Part shown: in pieces, positions 22,001-31,204 of the stretch
How positions within the stretch are numbered: position 1 is the first letter of the stretch
Layout: each line of letters opens with the position of its first letter
Source of the DNA: Candidatus Cloacimonadota bacterium
GTDB taxonomy: Bacteria; Cloacimonadota; Cloacimonadia; Cloacimonadales; JAIOQZ01
NCBI GenBank assembly: GCA_021108395.1
Contig: JAIOQZ010000032.1
Coordinates: 4,575-68,574 of the forward strand
Direction: 5' to 3'
DNA length: 64,000 bases
Position numbers and translations under genes: made by a program
The notes under the pieces: model-generated
The model's input: only the letters and a program-made list of their open reading frames with translations
What the model was told of the DNA's origin: nothing
The model's database searches: none

Positions 22001-22145
22001 CGAGAGTTGTACCGCGAGGTACATCCTCGAAAACGACGGTCGGGTCGAAGTTGGCGTCGGTGGTAGCGGCGGCGGTGTCGAACAACGGGACGGCGGCGAG
22101 AATGCCGGCAACGGCAAGCAGTGCAACGGTGGCGAATCGCTTCAT
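19044..22145 (-). CDS. Secreted YVTN-repeat beta-propeller protein with carboxypeptidase-regulatory-like domain and C-terminal sorting (T9SS/FlgD-Ig-like) domain
   Basis: Signal peptide; repeats such as SADGSRAYVANIQGNTISVID; C-terminal NTPNPFNP...SGIYLLRL...RRMALLK. Confidence 0.88.
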   Translation of the reverse strand: MKRFATVALLAVAGILAAVPLFDTAAATTDANFDPTVVFEDVPRGTTLDQLPQLRYELALIDPGIAPEGDYTGGVAFTSDGDRVLLTSRLSDMVTVYDWSTMQPLANIPVGEFPRDIAVTDDYAVVPCTFSDEVYVIDLDDYSVAATFATAEQPVVVRVSPDGNWAYVACDIDDVLEVIDLATLTHTSSINGFYIALYGFWGSLGTGRTGYSFTNFEALADNTTLAVGDWDTQVQFWDTTTGTMTGAVALDDIRKVHLSGDGAQLVAVSNTHIHRIDLASQTATGTVSFDGATISGHYEAGVTMDGAKAYVGISGNQSAIARFDTQDYATFSQTYTAFWLGMNADRTIAISGQYRLSLIDMETESVIGQCWGIQQDFGAVSPVNNRIVAHHSVYEGITFFDFTDTGDITYCGRSLAGEVPEGDTPLRLALLPDGNHALAVGPIGTSMSVVNMNTGDVEEVVQLDVEPRDVAVTPDGDWAVVTAFSYMTEYSDGLVYIIDLSDYSVAATIDVGQRPFNLTMSADGSRAYVANIQGNTISVIDMNGAASSELAQIPCGVIGVVYTCYGTFSGIELSPDGSCLLVCASFDDQVKVIDTNAMQVVASLPTGDFPLKAAFTPDGQYALVTNCFGNTATICEIDGAASQVIGTINPGDKPFRCATNPVTGDIGVVVCNDAKVIEYALPSGAQSVVYDYSANESYLYMLRYDAAGNPIVLGANSLHYGADEVETPGAAWFVWRDEGPKALACTPSPDQLHLVSWADAGQISGVVDLAETTDDSGALIEILELGATATSDPDGDYLFSAVPQGTYTMRANKNGWLEETVGAVSVTAGEMTTVDFTLGVFAYAPTTLTAAYTTSDDVILQWTMPGDAQIDPEGFTGWMFAPDDVGDPELWTELFTAVTAAYAILDITLSEQTQFAVTADYWWGESSEAAISNVLDPLSADETPPAPVTALLPNTPNPFNPSTTVQFSLAQAGTARLEVFDVRGRRVTVLADERFDVGEHTLTWDATGMASGIYLLRLQTDGRSLTRRMALLK

Positions 22146-22173
22146 TTTTATCTCCCCCGGAAGGATTTCTTAC

Positions 22174-22202
22174 ATTATGCATTCTGGGAGAAGTTCTGTC
22201 AA
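22174..22202 (-). promoter_or_regulatory. Putative sigma70-type promoter
   Basis: Minus strand TTGACA-17 nt-CATAAT, 29 nt upstream of ATG 22145. Confidence 0.65.
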
Positions 22203-22330
22203 GCTTACCTTTTGCGAGAGAAAGGTGAGGCTTCAAGACAGTGGCGCCGCCCCTGAACCCCGCAAACTTTTTGCAAAAAGTTTGATCAAAAACTCTTGCG
22301 GATGCTGCGCATCCTTGAGACACGCCCCTG
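22201..22330. repeat. Modular hairpin repeat family, copy C (half-unit plus extra T/A-stem hairpin)
   Basis: aagcttaccttttgcgagagaaaggtgag (cf. copy E), then gcccctgaaccccgcaaactttttgcaaaaagtttgatcaaaaactcttgcggatgctgcgcatcc. Confidence 0.82.
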
Positions 22331-22334
22331 TCTT

Positions 22335-23666
22335 TTACTTGAGCAACACCATGCGCCGAGTGATGCTGTGGCCACCTGCCTGCAAGCGATAGAGATACAC
22401 GCCGGAGCCGACACTGTACCCGCTGTTGTCGACGCCATTCCACACCACCTCGTGGCTGCCGCCTGCGAATGCCGGGTAGCTCCTCACGAGTTGCCCGCGC
22501 AGGTTGAATATTTCCAACATGGCGCTCTGCCGCTCCGGCACGCTGAACCTGATGGTGGTCGTTGGATTGAACGGATTGGGGAAGTTGGGGTGCAACGTAA
22601 TTGCGGAGGCAGGCGGAGGCACAGCCTCGTCGTCCGCGATGCCGACTGGAAGGTCAGTCAGGAACGGGTAGCCGCTGTTGGTGGTTCCATCAATATTCCA
22701 GTAGTCCTCGACGCCGGTGTCGTCGAACGGGTTGCCGACGAAGTCCCAAGGCTCGTCCAGCCCTGTTGTTGCCAGGCTGGTGAATGTGGCCACATCCTGC
22801 ATCTCGGCGGTTGTCTTGCCTGTACCGCTTCCGCTGGTGCTTTGACCGGAAGTTTCGGTGTCCCAGAAGGAGTTGAGGGCATCAGTGTTATAACTACGCC
22901 CGACAAGACCGCCGATGTAATTTCCTGTTCCGCTCACACTACCGGTGCTGTAGCAGTCGCTGATGGTGGCATTATAATAATTAGATCCCACCAAGCCGCC
23001 AACAGTGTCATTCCCGCTCACATTGCCAGTGCTATAACTGGAGCTGACCGTGCGATTCCCCCCATTGCCCCCGACCAAGCCGCCTATACAGTGATAACCG
23101 CTTACACTGCATGTGCTGTAGCAACAATTGACAGTGGAACAACTATTCAGTCCCACCAAGCCACCGGTATAGTGGTAGGCGTATCCGTTCACACTTCCCG
23201 TGCTGTAGCAGTTGCTGATGAGGGATTCATTATTCATTCCCACCAGGCCACCGACATAGCTGCCGCCGTCCACTTCGACATTGGTAACACCAAGATTCTC
23301 TATCGTTGCACAGTCTGTTCGGCCAAACATCCCTATATACAAATCTAAATGATTTATGTGCAATCCATCAATTGTGTGTTCCTGTCCGTCGTAACAACCA
23401 TAAAAACTAAATGCATAGTTTGTTCCTATCGGGCTGAAGCCTTCCCCGTCGTTCCAGTTCTGGGTGTCGCCGGCGTCTATGTCTGCTGTCTGGATGAAGT
23501 GGCTTGCCCAGGAGGTGTCGTTGGTGCTCACCCACAGTAGGTTGTCGAGTGTGGCCATCTGGTAGGGGTCGGCCTCGGTGCCGGAGCCGTCGGGCTGCAC
23601 GCCGTCGGCCAACAGGCCAGTAACGACCATCAGTAATGCAAAAAGTAGTAGCTTTTTCATGTTCAT
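22335..23666 (-). CDS. Secreted GLUG-motif (beta-helix) protein with C-terminal sorting domain
   Basis: Signal peptide MKKLLLF; GSGTEADPY; five GGLVG repeats about 27 aa apart; NFPNPFNP...RRMVLLK. Confidence 0.88.
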   Translation of the reverse strand: MNMKKLLLFALLMVVTGLLADGVQPDGSGTEADPYQMATLDNLLWVSTNDTSWASHFIQTADIDAGDTQNWNDGEGFSPIGTNYAFSFYGCYDGQEHTIDGLHINHLDLYIGMFGRTDCATIENLGVTNVEVDGGSYVGGLVGMNNESLISNCYSTGSVNGYAYHYTGGLVGLNSCSTVNCCYSTCSVSGYHCIGGLVGGNGGNRTVSSSYSTGNVSGNDTVGGLVGSNYYNATISDCYSTGSVSGTGNYIGGLVGRSYNTDALNSFWDTETSGQSTSGSGTGKTTAEMQDVATFTSLATTGLDEPWDFVGNPFDDTGVEDYWNIDGTTNSGYPFLTDLPVGIADDEAVPPPASAITLHPNFPNPFNPTTTIRFSVPERQSAMLEIFNLRGQLVRSYPAFAGGSHEVVWNGVDNSGYSVGSGVYLYRLQAGGHSITRRMVLLK

Positions 23667-23692
23667 CTCCTCTGAGATCGTGGTTATCAATA

Positions 23693-23820
23693 CACTCCAC
23701 TTTCGCCATGCAGCACTAACTTCATATCGAAGTTAGTGCTACAAAGCTTTCTCACTCCACTTTCGGGTATTCGCTACGCTATATACCCTTTCGTTCGATG
23801 AGTAGCGCGGGAGCGCTACT
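23693..23820. repeat. Cluster of short direct repeats and hairpins (REP-like)
   Basis: CACTCCACTTTCG at 23693 and 23753; perfect 12-bp-stem hairpin 23712-23740; further hairpins 23765-23788 and 23801-23820. Confidence 0.6.
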
Positions 23821-26128
23821 TCAACATCACGGCTCGGTGCACCTGGTCTGTGCCTTCCGTACGCAGGCGCAGGAGATACACCCCGGAGGACACAGGGCGG
23901 CTTTCGTGGTCGAGACCGTGCCAGATGACTCTGTGCCAGCCGGCTTCGTGGTGGCCGTCTGCGAGTGTAATTACTCGCTGCCCCAACAGGTTATACACTT
24001 CCAGCAGCGCCGGACCAGGGCTTGACAGCCCAAAGCGCACCTCGGTGTCGGGATTGAACGGATTGGGGTAGTTGCCCTCGATGGTGGTGACCGCCGGGAC
24101 GAGAGCGCCGTCGTCGAGCGCGGTGATGTTCACCTCGACGGTGTTCGACGGCCCGCTTTCCCATTCGTCGCTGTAGATGGTGGTCACATAGTACTCGTGC
24201 ACACCGGCAGGCACATCCATGTCAGTGTATTCGTTGGCGTAGCCGTTGACCAGTTGTTCATTGTCGCGATATACCCAGTAGCCTGTCACCGAGCGCACGG
24301 GGACGTCCCAGGTGAGGTGCACGTCGTTGCCATCGACCGAGGCTTCGAGGTTCATCGGCGCCTGGAAAACAACCTCGGCCACGACCGCGTCGCTGTGAGA
24401 GCTTTCGACGACTTCGTCGTAAACGGCTGTCATGGTGTAGCTGTGAGAGCCTTCGGGAAGGTCGGCCTCGATATAGGAGTCGATGGCCGCGTCGAGCTCG
24501 GCGATGAGCAGCGCGTTGCGATAGATGTTATAGCCGGTCACGTTCAGGTCGTTGGCAGGCGGGTCCCACTCGAGCGTAACGTCGTTCTCGATGACCGACG
24601 TGACGAGATTGATTGGCGGGGTGTAGTCGGGCACCGTCACTGCGGCGATGTTGCCAGGATCGGACTGGCCGCCGGTGTACAGCGCCATTACCCAGTATAA
24701 ATACTGGCCGCTATTCAGGCCGGTGTCGGTGTACTCGGTAAGGTCGGGGTCGTCTATCTGCACATGCGAAATGCCATTGCGGTAGAGCAGATAGCCCAGC
24801 AGCGAGCGGCTATTCTGGGGAGAATCCCAGTCGAGGGTGACGTCCCGTCCCAGCAGCGTTGCGGTGAGGTTGGCGGGCGGGTTCAGCGGTTCGATGATCT
24901 CAACCGTGACCTGGTTGGAAGGGAATGACTCGCCTTCGTCCCACACGGCGGTGACATGATAAACATATGTGCCCCAGCTCAGATTGGCGTCGAGATAGTC
25001 GAGCACATCGGGCGACAGATTGGCGATGACCGCGTCGTCGCGGTAGAGATTGTAGTTCAGCAGCACGAGGCGAGTGGTGTCTGGCGCTTCCCATGTCAGG
25101 GCGACGGTGTCGTTCTGGATCGTGGAGACGAGATTCTGCGGTGCGGGCAGCAAATTGATTGGCTGCACGAACGAGATGAACCGAGCGCTCACGCCGGTTA
25201 TCTTGATGTCGAGAAGCGCACCGGTGCGGTCAGTTTCGTAAACCCCGCCGCTGTTGGAGCAAAGGATGTTGCCGCCGGGAAGCTCGTAAACACCGCGAAA
25301 ACTGCCCCCGGCGGGCGGGCCGTAGTAACCGAGGTGAGCGCCGTCGGCGGCAAACTCATGTACCCCAGCTTCGTAGGCGCCCGTAGCGCTGAAGTTGGAA
25401 CCGAGAATGGTGCCGCTCGGACAGATAAACATTTGCTCGAACATGCCCGGCAGGGAGCAGAGGTCGGCAATCCAGGCGCCACTGGCGTCGTAGCGGTGCA
25501 GTTGGTCGCAGTCGCTGCCGTTGACGAGGAAATCGCCGACATCCTCGCGGTAGTTCACATCCCAGGGGCTGTCCAGCCCGCCGCCGCCCACAGGGACGAA
25601 GTTGCCCAGATAGTTGCCTTCGCCGTCGAACTCGGCGATGGCGTTGGCGTTTGCGCCCGATGCGACAGTGACGAAGATATGGGCGTCGTCCATGCGCACA
25701 TACATGCCGCGAACGTTGTTGAGAATATCGGGATTGACGCCGCCCGCGGGCGCGAACAGACCGATGTAGTTGCCATCGAGGTCGTACTGATGCACGCAGT
25801 CCGCTGTCTGGTCGGACACCAGCAGGCGCGTACCATCAGGGTGCATCACGATTTCGATGGGTGTACCGCTGTTATTCGGGTCAAGCGTAATGAAGGCGGC
25901 ATCGAGAAGGTCGCCGGTGTCGGGGTCGAACGACATGATGCAGTCGGTGGTGCTGTCGGGGATGAGAATCAGGCCTTCGGGCGGTATCTCGCGGGTTTCT
26001 CTGGTAGGTGAAGTGGCGACCCCGTTTCCGGCATCGCCGAGGCCAAGCTCTTCGATCTGCTCGGGAGTGAAGGCGATAAGCCCCGCCGCAGCGACGAGCG
26101 AGACGAGAATAAAGAAAAAGCGTTGCAT
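23816..26128 (-). CDS. Secreted protein: NHL-like beta-propeller, four FN3 repeats, C-terminal sorting domain
   Basis: Signal peptide; four 'P.NL....V.L.W..P...Y..YR...ES..SN' repeats; NYPNPFNP...RAVMLK. Confidence 0.87.
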   Translation of the reverse strand: MQRFFFILVSLVAAAGLIAFTPEQIEELGLGDAGNGVATSPTRETREIPPEGLILIPDSTTDCIMSFDPDTGDLLDAAFITLDPNNSGTPIEIVMHPDGTRLLVSDQTADCVHQYDLDGNYIGLFAPAGGVNPDILNNVRGMYVRMDDAHIFVTVASGANANAIAEFDGEGNYLGNFVPVGGGGLDSPWDVNYREDVGDFLVNGSDCDQLHRYDASGAWIADLCSLPGMFEQMFICPSGTILGSNFSATGAYEAGVHEFAADGAHLGYYGPPAGGSFRGVYELPGGNILCSNSGGVYETDRTGALLDIKITGVSARFISFVQPINLLPAPQNLVSTIQNDTVALTWEAPDTTRLVLLNYNLYRDDAVIANLSPDVLDYLDANLSWGTYVYHVTAVWDEGESFPSNQVTVEIIEPLNPPANLTATLLGRDVTLDWDSPQNSRSLLGYLLYRNGISHVQIDDPDLTEYTDTGLNSGQYLYWVMALYTGGQSDPGNIAAVTVPDYTPPINLVTSVIENDVTLEWDPPANDLNVTGYNIYRNALLIAELDAAIDSYIEADLPEGSHSYTMTAVYDEVVESSHSDAVVAEVVFQAPMNLEASVDGNDVHLTWDVPVRSVTGYWVYRDNEQLVNGYANEYTDMDVPAGVHEYYVTTIYSDEWESGPSNTVEVNITALDDGALVPAVTTIEGNYPNPFNPDTEVRFGLSSPGPALLEVYNLLGQRVITLADGHHEAGWHRVIWHGLDHESRPVSSGVYLLRLRTEGTDQVHRAVMLK

Positions 26129-26217
26129 GATAATTCCCCCAGTTTTCACTTTTCAACATGTCACAGTCGTAATCCTTCGACAAGTGATGGTGGGAGAGAT
26201 ATTTGGTTAACTCTTCA

Positions 26218-27420
26218 TCATTCCTCTTCAGTTGTTTCTGAACGTGAAGAGCATTCCTGCAATACACCTCTTCGTAAGCGCGCGTAGCGCATCCAACCCA
26301 TCACTGCCATTGCAGATGCAAGAAGTGTTCCTAATACGAGCCAGCGAATACTCACGAGCAGTTGTCTGGCGGATTTTTGCGTCGTTTTCAGTTCCTTCGC
26401 TGTTTCGCGGGCGGCCTGCACTTCGTGGTCAAACTCGTCGGCGGAGCGATGCAGGTCGGCCACGAGTTGCTCGAGGCTTTCGATACGCAATTCGCGCTGG
26501 TGAAGAATGCTGTCGCGGGTGGCAAGCTGAAGAATGAAGCTCTGCTGCAAGGCGGTGCGTTCGAGCTCGGCGGCGAGCCGGTGATGTTTGAGCGCGTTTT
26601 CCGGCTGGCCGGCCTGCTCCTCCAGTTGCGCCAGCAAAGTATAGGCCTCGTGCATACTGGTGAGGTCGCCATGATTGTTGGCATAGGAAACAGCTTGCAA
26701 AGCGGTGGCGAGTGCGGTGGTTTGCATTCCGCCGAGCCATTGCAGCCTGGCCAGTTCGAGGTCGAGGTCGGTGGCGCGAGGTTTGTTGCCGGCGGCGTGG
26801 GCGGCGGAGCGCACGTCTGGCAACAGCGCCAGCGCCTCCGTAAACATCCGCTGCGCCAGCAGCAGCTCGATGAGTGGAGCGCCGGCGAGCATCATGCCTC
26901 GGCTGTCATTGAGACGGCGGCTGTCCTCGAGCGCCTGGCCGAGATGCGTGGTGGCGCGGGCTGTGTCGGCCAGGGCAAGGTGTAGCTCGCCCAGTACCCG
27001 CCGAGTTGCAGATGCGCCACCGAGATCGTCGAGGGTGACATAGCGCTGTAGGGCATCGTCCAGATGCTGCACGGCGCGCAGAGTGTCGCCGGTGAGCAGC
27101 ATGGCGCGCCCCAGCGCCAGAAGTGTGGCTGGAAGCTGGTAACTGGCGCCGTGCTCTGTGGCCGCTTTCCAGGCGGCGCGTGCTTCGTAGAGCGAGGTAC
27201 CGGCATCGTGCGGGTAGGCGTTCTCGAAGGCGGCGAGATGCCTGTCGATGGCGAGGAGGACGCTTTGCCGCTGCTGGGACGAAAGTGTGTCAACGGCGGT
27301 GTCTGCTGCGCTTGTATCCACAGAGTCGGACGGTGCAGCGGCAGGCGTACTGTGCGGCGGTGTTTGCGCGGCCAGTGACAACGCGGCAATGGTGAAAAAA
27401 AGCAGGCAGTAAACGCGCAT
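26218..27420 (-). CDS. Exported TPR-like helical repeat protein with coiled coil and C-terminal TM helix
   Basis: Signal peptide from ATG 27420; Ala/Leu-rich TPR-like repeats; TM WLVLGTLLASAMAVMGWM. Confidence 0.72.
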   Translation of the reverse strand: MRVYCLLFFTIAALSLAAQTPPHSTPAAAPSDSVDTSAADTAVDTLSSQQRQSVLLAIDRHLAAFENAYPHDAGTSLYEARAAWKAATEHGASYQLPATLLALGRAMLLTGDTLRAVQHLDDALQRYVTLDDLGGASATRRVLGELHLALADTARATTHLGQALEDSRRLNDSRGMMLAGAPLIELLLAQRMFTEALALLPDVRSAAHAAGNKPRATDLDLELARLQWLGGMQTTALATALQAVSYANNHGDLTSMHEAYTLLAQLEEQAGQPENALKHHRLAAELERTALQQSFILQLATRDSILHQRELRIESLEQLVADLHRSADEFDHEVQAARETAKELKTTQKSARQLLVSIRWLVLGTLLASAMAVMGWMRYARLRRGVLQECSSRSETTEEE

Positions 27421-27421
27421 A

Positions 27422-27682
27422 TCAGCCCTTGGTGGTGATTTTATCTCCAGAGGGGGAGATGTCTTCTGAGGGGAAGCGCCCGAACCTGCTTTTCTCGCGC
27501 AAGCGAGCACACTGTTGTTGCTTGGCGCCCTTGCAATAGACCCTCTCCATACTCATGCAATATATCTCCATCAATTCACGATACTTGACCATAAATGCGC
27601 AAGTGTTCAGGTACGGGCATTCGCCTTTTTCTTTTTGTTGCAGCTTTGCTGTACCAATGCTGCGACGAGTTGGTTTTGCCAT
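27422..27682 (-). CDS. Small Cys-rich hypothetical protein (86 aa)
   Basis: AAAGGAGG RBS; CPYLNTCAF...YCKG....CAR...P.DISP pattern. Confidence 0.7.
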   Translation of the reverse strand: MAKPTRRSIGTAKLQQKEKGECPYLNTCAFMVKYRELMEIYCMSMERVYCKGAKQQQCARLREKSRFGRFPSEDISPSGDKITTKG

Positions 27683-27799
27683 CTTCGGCCTCCTTTGACA
27701 TACCGAAGGATGTAAGCAGGACACAGCATGGTGTCAATGATTTTAATAAATCGACTTGCCAAAATTTTGCGTAGGGCATTCCTTCGCTATGGAGGCGAT

Positions 27800-29002
27800 A
27801 TGCGCTCAGGCATCACTTGCACCTGTGTCGATTGTGGCCATACGTTTGCGCCGGACGACCCACAGTATCTCTGTCCGCGTTGCGGCGACCGAGCGGCGCC
27901 ACTGCGGGGATTGCTCTATCTGAACTACCCCGCGCTTGCCGCCGGAACCACACTCGACGGCCTCTCCTGTGCCGATTGGCTGCCACTGTTGCCGCTGTGT
28001 TCCGCCGGCTCACTGCCGCCATTGCGCGTGGGGCGCACACCGCTCTACCAGCGCACGGTGGACGGACGCGAGGTGTGGCTGAAGGATGATTCGCAGAACC
28101 CGACATGGTCATACAAAGACCGCGCGTCGGCGGTGGTGTCTGCCTATGCGCATGAGCACGGTCTCAAAACGATTGTCGTGGCCAGCACGGGCAACGCCGG
28201 TTCCTCGCTGGCGGGCATCTGTGCGGCGCAGGGGCAGCGGGCAGTGGTCATCGTGCCGGCGGCCGCCCCAGAGGCCAAGCTGATGCAGGCGCTCTGTTAC
28301 GGGGCTACAGTAGTGCGCGTGGACGGCAACTACGACGATGCCTTCGAGCTGAGTCTGCGAGCTTCCGAAGCTTATGGCTGGTACAATCGCAACACTGCCT
28401 TCAACCCGCTCACCATCGAGGGCAAGAAGACCGCCGCCTTCGAGATTGCCTGCCAGATGGGCGCTCCCGACCGCGTGTTTGTGCCGGTTGGCGATGGTGT
28501 CATTGCCGCTGGTGTGTGGAAAGGCTTCATCGAGCTGCACAAAGCCGGGCTAATCGACAAAATTCCGTGCATGGCGCTGGTGCAGGCAACGGGCAGCGCC
28601 AACCTCGTACGCAACCTTGCTTCGCAGAACGGTGAGTTCCCACCGGCGCACACGCTGGCCGACTCGATCTGCGTAACCGTGCCGCGCAACCTCGGCATGA
28701 TGCGCTATCTCGCCGCGCGCTATCCCTTTGAGACAATCACGGTGAGCGACGGCGCCATCATGGACGCGGCGCTGCACCTGGCGCAAACGCAGGGCTTGTT
28801 CGTCGAGCCGGCGGCCGGCGCCGCCTGGGCCGGTTGGCTCGCCGGCGGCGGGTCGTCAAGCGGGCGCGATGTGGTGTTGCTCACCGGCAGCGGACTCAAA
28901 GACATCGCCCCGCTACGTCGGCGTATGACGATGCCTGCGCCCATCCGACCCGACCTGGACGCGCTTTCCTGCGCTCTGGGCAACCCCGATGGGGATATAT
29001 GA
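27800..29002 (+). CDS. thrC: Threonine synthase-family PLP enzyme
   Basis: Zn-ribbon CVDCG/CPRCG, NPTWSYKDR (PLP lysine), ASTGNAG, EGKKT, PVGDG, LTGSGLKD; GGAGG RBS. Physiological role uncertain given its context. Confidence 0.82.
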   Translation: MRSGITCTCVDCGHTFAPDDPQYLCPRCGDRAAPLRGLLYLNYPALAAGTTLDGLSCADWLPLLPLCSAGSLPPLRVGRTPLYQRTVDGREVWLKDDSQNPTWSYKDRASAVVSAYAHEHGLKTIVVASTGNAGSSLAGICAAQGQRAVVIVPAAAPEAKLMQALCYGATVVRVDGNYDDAFELSLRASEAYGWYNRNTAFNPLTIEGKKTAAFEIACQMGAPDRVFVPVGDGVIAAGVWKGFIELHKAGLIDKIPCMALVQATGSANLVRNLASQNGEFPPAHTLADSICVTVPRNLGMMRYLAARYPFETITVSDGAIMDAALHLAQTQGLFVEPAAGAAWAGWLAGGGSSSGRDVVLLTGSGLKDIAPLRRRMTMPAPIRPDLDALSCALGNPDGDI

Positions 29003-29041
29003 AACGCTTTGCGCCCGCGATAATCAATCAAGCGCCGAAGG

Positions 29042-31204
29042 ATGAACCCGATGCCTGAACTACACCGCGTAGATGCCCGCGACAAGCTTCTGGGACGCAC
29101 CCGCTACATCGACGACGTTAATCCGCCGGGTGTGCTGCACGCTGCATTCGTGGTCAGTCCGGCGCACCGAGGCCGCATTCGCCGCGTCGTTCTGCCGCCC
29201 GGTTTTGACCAGGCAGCCTTCACCATCGTTGGCTCGGGCGACATTCCCGGCGTCAACCTCGTGCCGGAGCCGGTGAGCGATGAGCCGTTCCTGGCCGTGG
29301 ACGAGGCGCTTTGGCGCGGTCAGCCCATCCTGGCGGTGGCGCACCCCGACCGCGACACTGCCCGCGCCTTCGCCCGTGCCGTGCAGGTGGTGGTGGACGA
29401 GGAAGAAGCCGTCACCGACCCGGCAATCGCACTGGACGACGAGAGCCGCGTGTTTGGACGCGAGCTGCTCATCGATCACGGGACGCACGAGCCGCCAGAG
29501 GAGCGCTGGCTGCACCTGAGCCGCACCTACACCACGCCACACCAGGAGCAGGCCTACCTCGAGCCGCAGGGAATGCTGGCCGAGTGGGACGTAGATGCCC
29601 GGCACATGCGCGTCACCGGCTCGATGCAGTGCCCGTTTTTCGTCAAAGAGGCGGTGGAAGTCATCCTGGGCGACGAGGTGGCCGAGGTGAGCGTTTGCCA
29701 GGCCGAGGGCGTGGGCGGAGCGTTTGGCGGCAAAGAGGACTTTCCCAATGTGATGGCCGGCACGGTCGCCCTGCTGGCCTGGCGTAGCGGGCAGCCGGTG
29801 AAGCTGGTGCTTGAACGCGATGACGACCTGCTGATAACCCCCAAGCGTCACCCCAGCCGCATCACCATCGAAAGCTGGACAGACCGCACCAGTGGCCGCT
29901 TGCGGCGGCTGGACATCGACTATCGGCTGGACGCAGGCGCCTGCCAGACGCTGTCGCCGGTGGTGCTGGCGCGTGGCGTGCTGCATGTGGCGGGGGGGTA
30001 CTCGTGCCCGGCAGTGCGCGTTCGCGGGCGGCTGTTTCACAGCGACACCCCGCCAAACGGCGCCTTTCGCGGTTTTGGCGCGCCTCAGGGGCTGTTCGCG
30101 CTCGAAGCGCACATCGACGATATCGCCGCCGAGCTTTCTCTGGATCCGGCAACCTTCCGTCAGCGGAACGTCATGCATGCCGCCGACAGCTTTCCCACCA
30201 CGCAGCCGGTCGCCGAGGACAACCTCGCCGACTGCCTGAACGAATTGTTGAGCCAATGCAGCTACGACAGCCTTCGCGCCGACATCGACACCTGGAACAT
30301 GGCTCACCGCCACAAGCTGGGCATTGGCCTCAGCCTGGGGTTTCACGGGGGTGGTTACACGGGTGGCGGCGAGACCCGCCTGGCCTCCCGCGTTTGCATC
30401 ACGCTACACCCAGACGGCGCCGCCGAGGTGCTGGCGGCCAACGTCGAGATGGGACAGGGGGCGTCCACCACACTGGCTGTCTGTGCCGCACAGGGCCTCG
30501 GCCTGCCGCTTTCCCGCGTTCGCACAGCGGTGCCAGATACCGCCCGCGTTCCCAACAGCGGCCCCACCGTCGCTTCACGCACCATCTACATCGTGGGCAA
30601 CATGCTACGGCGGTTGGGGGCGAACATCCGCGAGGAGCTGGGTGACATCGACGAGTGGTGCGAGAAAGCCGGTGACGAACTGCCGCGCACCTTCGAGGCA
30701 ACCTATCAGCCAGACCCCGCCGCGACCTTTGACGAAGACACATATCGCGGCGCCGCCTACCGCCACTATTCATGGGCCGCCTGCGCCGCGATGGTGCAGG
30801 TGGACGCCGACACCAGCGAGGTGCGCATCGAGAAGATGTGGTCGGTGGTCGATGCCGGTGCGCTGGTGCATCCGGGCATCGCCATGGGGCAGGTGTATGG
30901 CGGCATGACACAAGCCTGCGGGTGGTCGCTGGGCGAGTGGTGGCACAAGCCAGGGCATGGCCGCCTGGGGAGCCTCACCGACTACGCATTGCCCACAGCA
31001 GTGGACGCCCCGCCGTTCGATGTGCGTTTTCTGCACACTGACAGCGACATCAGCAAGGGGCTGGGCGAACTGCCAATGGACTACCCCGCGCCTGCCGTGC
31101 GCAACGCCGTACTGCACGCCACCGGCATAGCCATAGACGACCTGCCGCTGTTACCGGAGCGACTGGCCGCACGGCTGAGAAAGGACAACACATCAGTTTG
31201 CTGA
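29042..31204 (+). CDS. xdhA: Xanthine dehydrogenase-family molybdopterin-binding subunit
   Basis: HQEQAYLEP, GGAFGGK, AFRGFGAPQG, EMGQG, SGPTVASR, SKGLGE. Confidence 0.92.
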   Translation: MNPMPELHRVDARDKLLGRTRYIDDVNPPGVLHAAFVVSPAHRGRIRRVVLPPGFDQAAFTIVGSGDIPGVNLVPEPVSDEPFLAVDEALWRGQPILAVAHPDRDTARAFARAVQVVVDEEEAVTDPAIALDDESRVFGRELLIDHGTHEPPEERWLHLSRTYTTPHQEQAYLEPQGMLAEWDVDARHMRVTGSMQCPFFVKEAVEVILGDEVAEVSVCQAEGVGGAFGGKEDFPNVMAGTVALLAWRSGQPVKLVLERDDDLLITPKRHPSRITIESWTDRTSGRLRRLDIDYRLDAGACQTLSPVVLARGVLHVAGGYSCPAVRVRGRLFHSDTPPNGAFRGFGAPQGLFALEAHIDDIAAELSLDPATFRQRNVMHAADSFPTTQPVAEDNLADCLNELLSQCSYDSLRADIDTWNMAHRHKLGIGLSLGFHGGGYTGGGETRLASRVCITLHPDGAAEVLAANVEMGQGASTTLAVCAAQGLGLPLSRVRTAVPDTARVPNSGPTVASRTIYIVGNMLRRLGANIREELGDIDEWCEKAGDELPRTFEATYQPDPAATFDEDTYRGAAYRHYSWAACAAMVQVDADTSEVRIEKMWSVVDAGALVHPGIAMGQVYGGMTQACGWSLGEWWHKPGHGRLGSLTDYALPTAVDAPPFDVRFLHTDSDISKGLGELPMDYPAPAVRNAVLHATGIAIDDLPLLPERLAARLRKDNTSVC

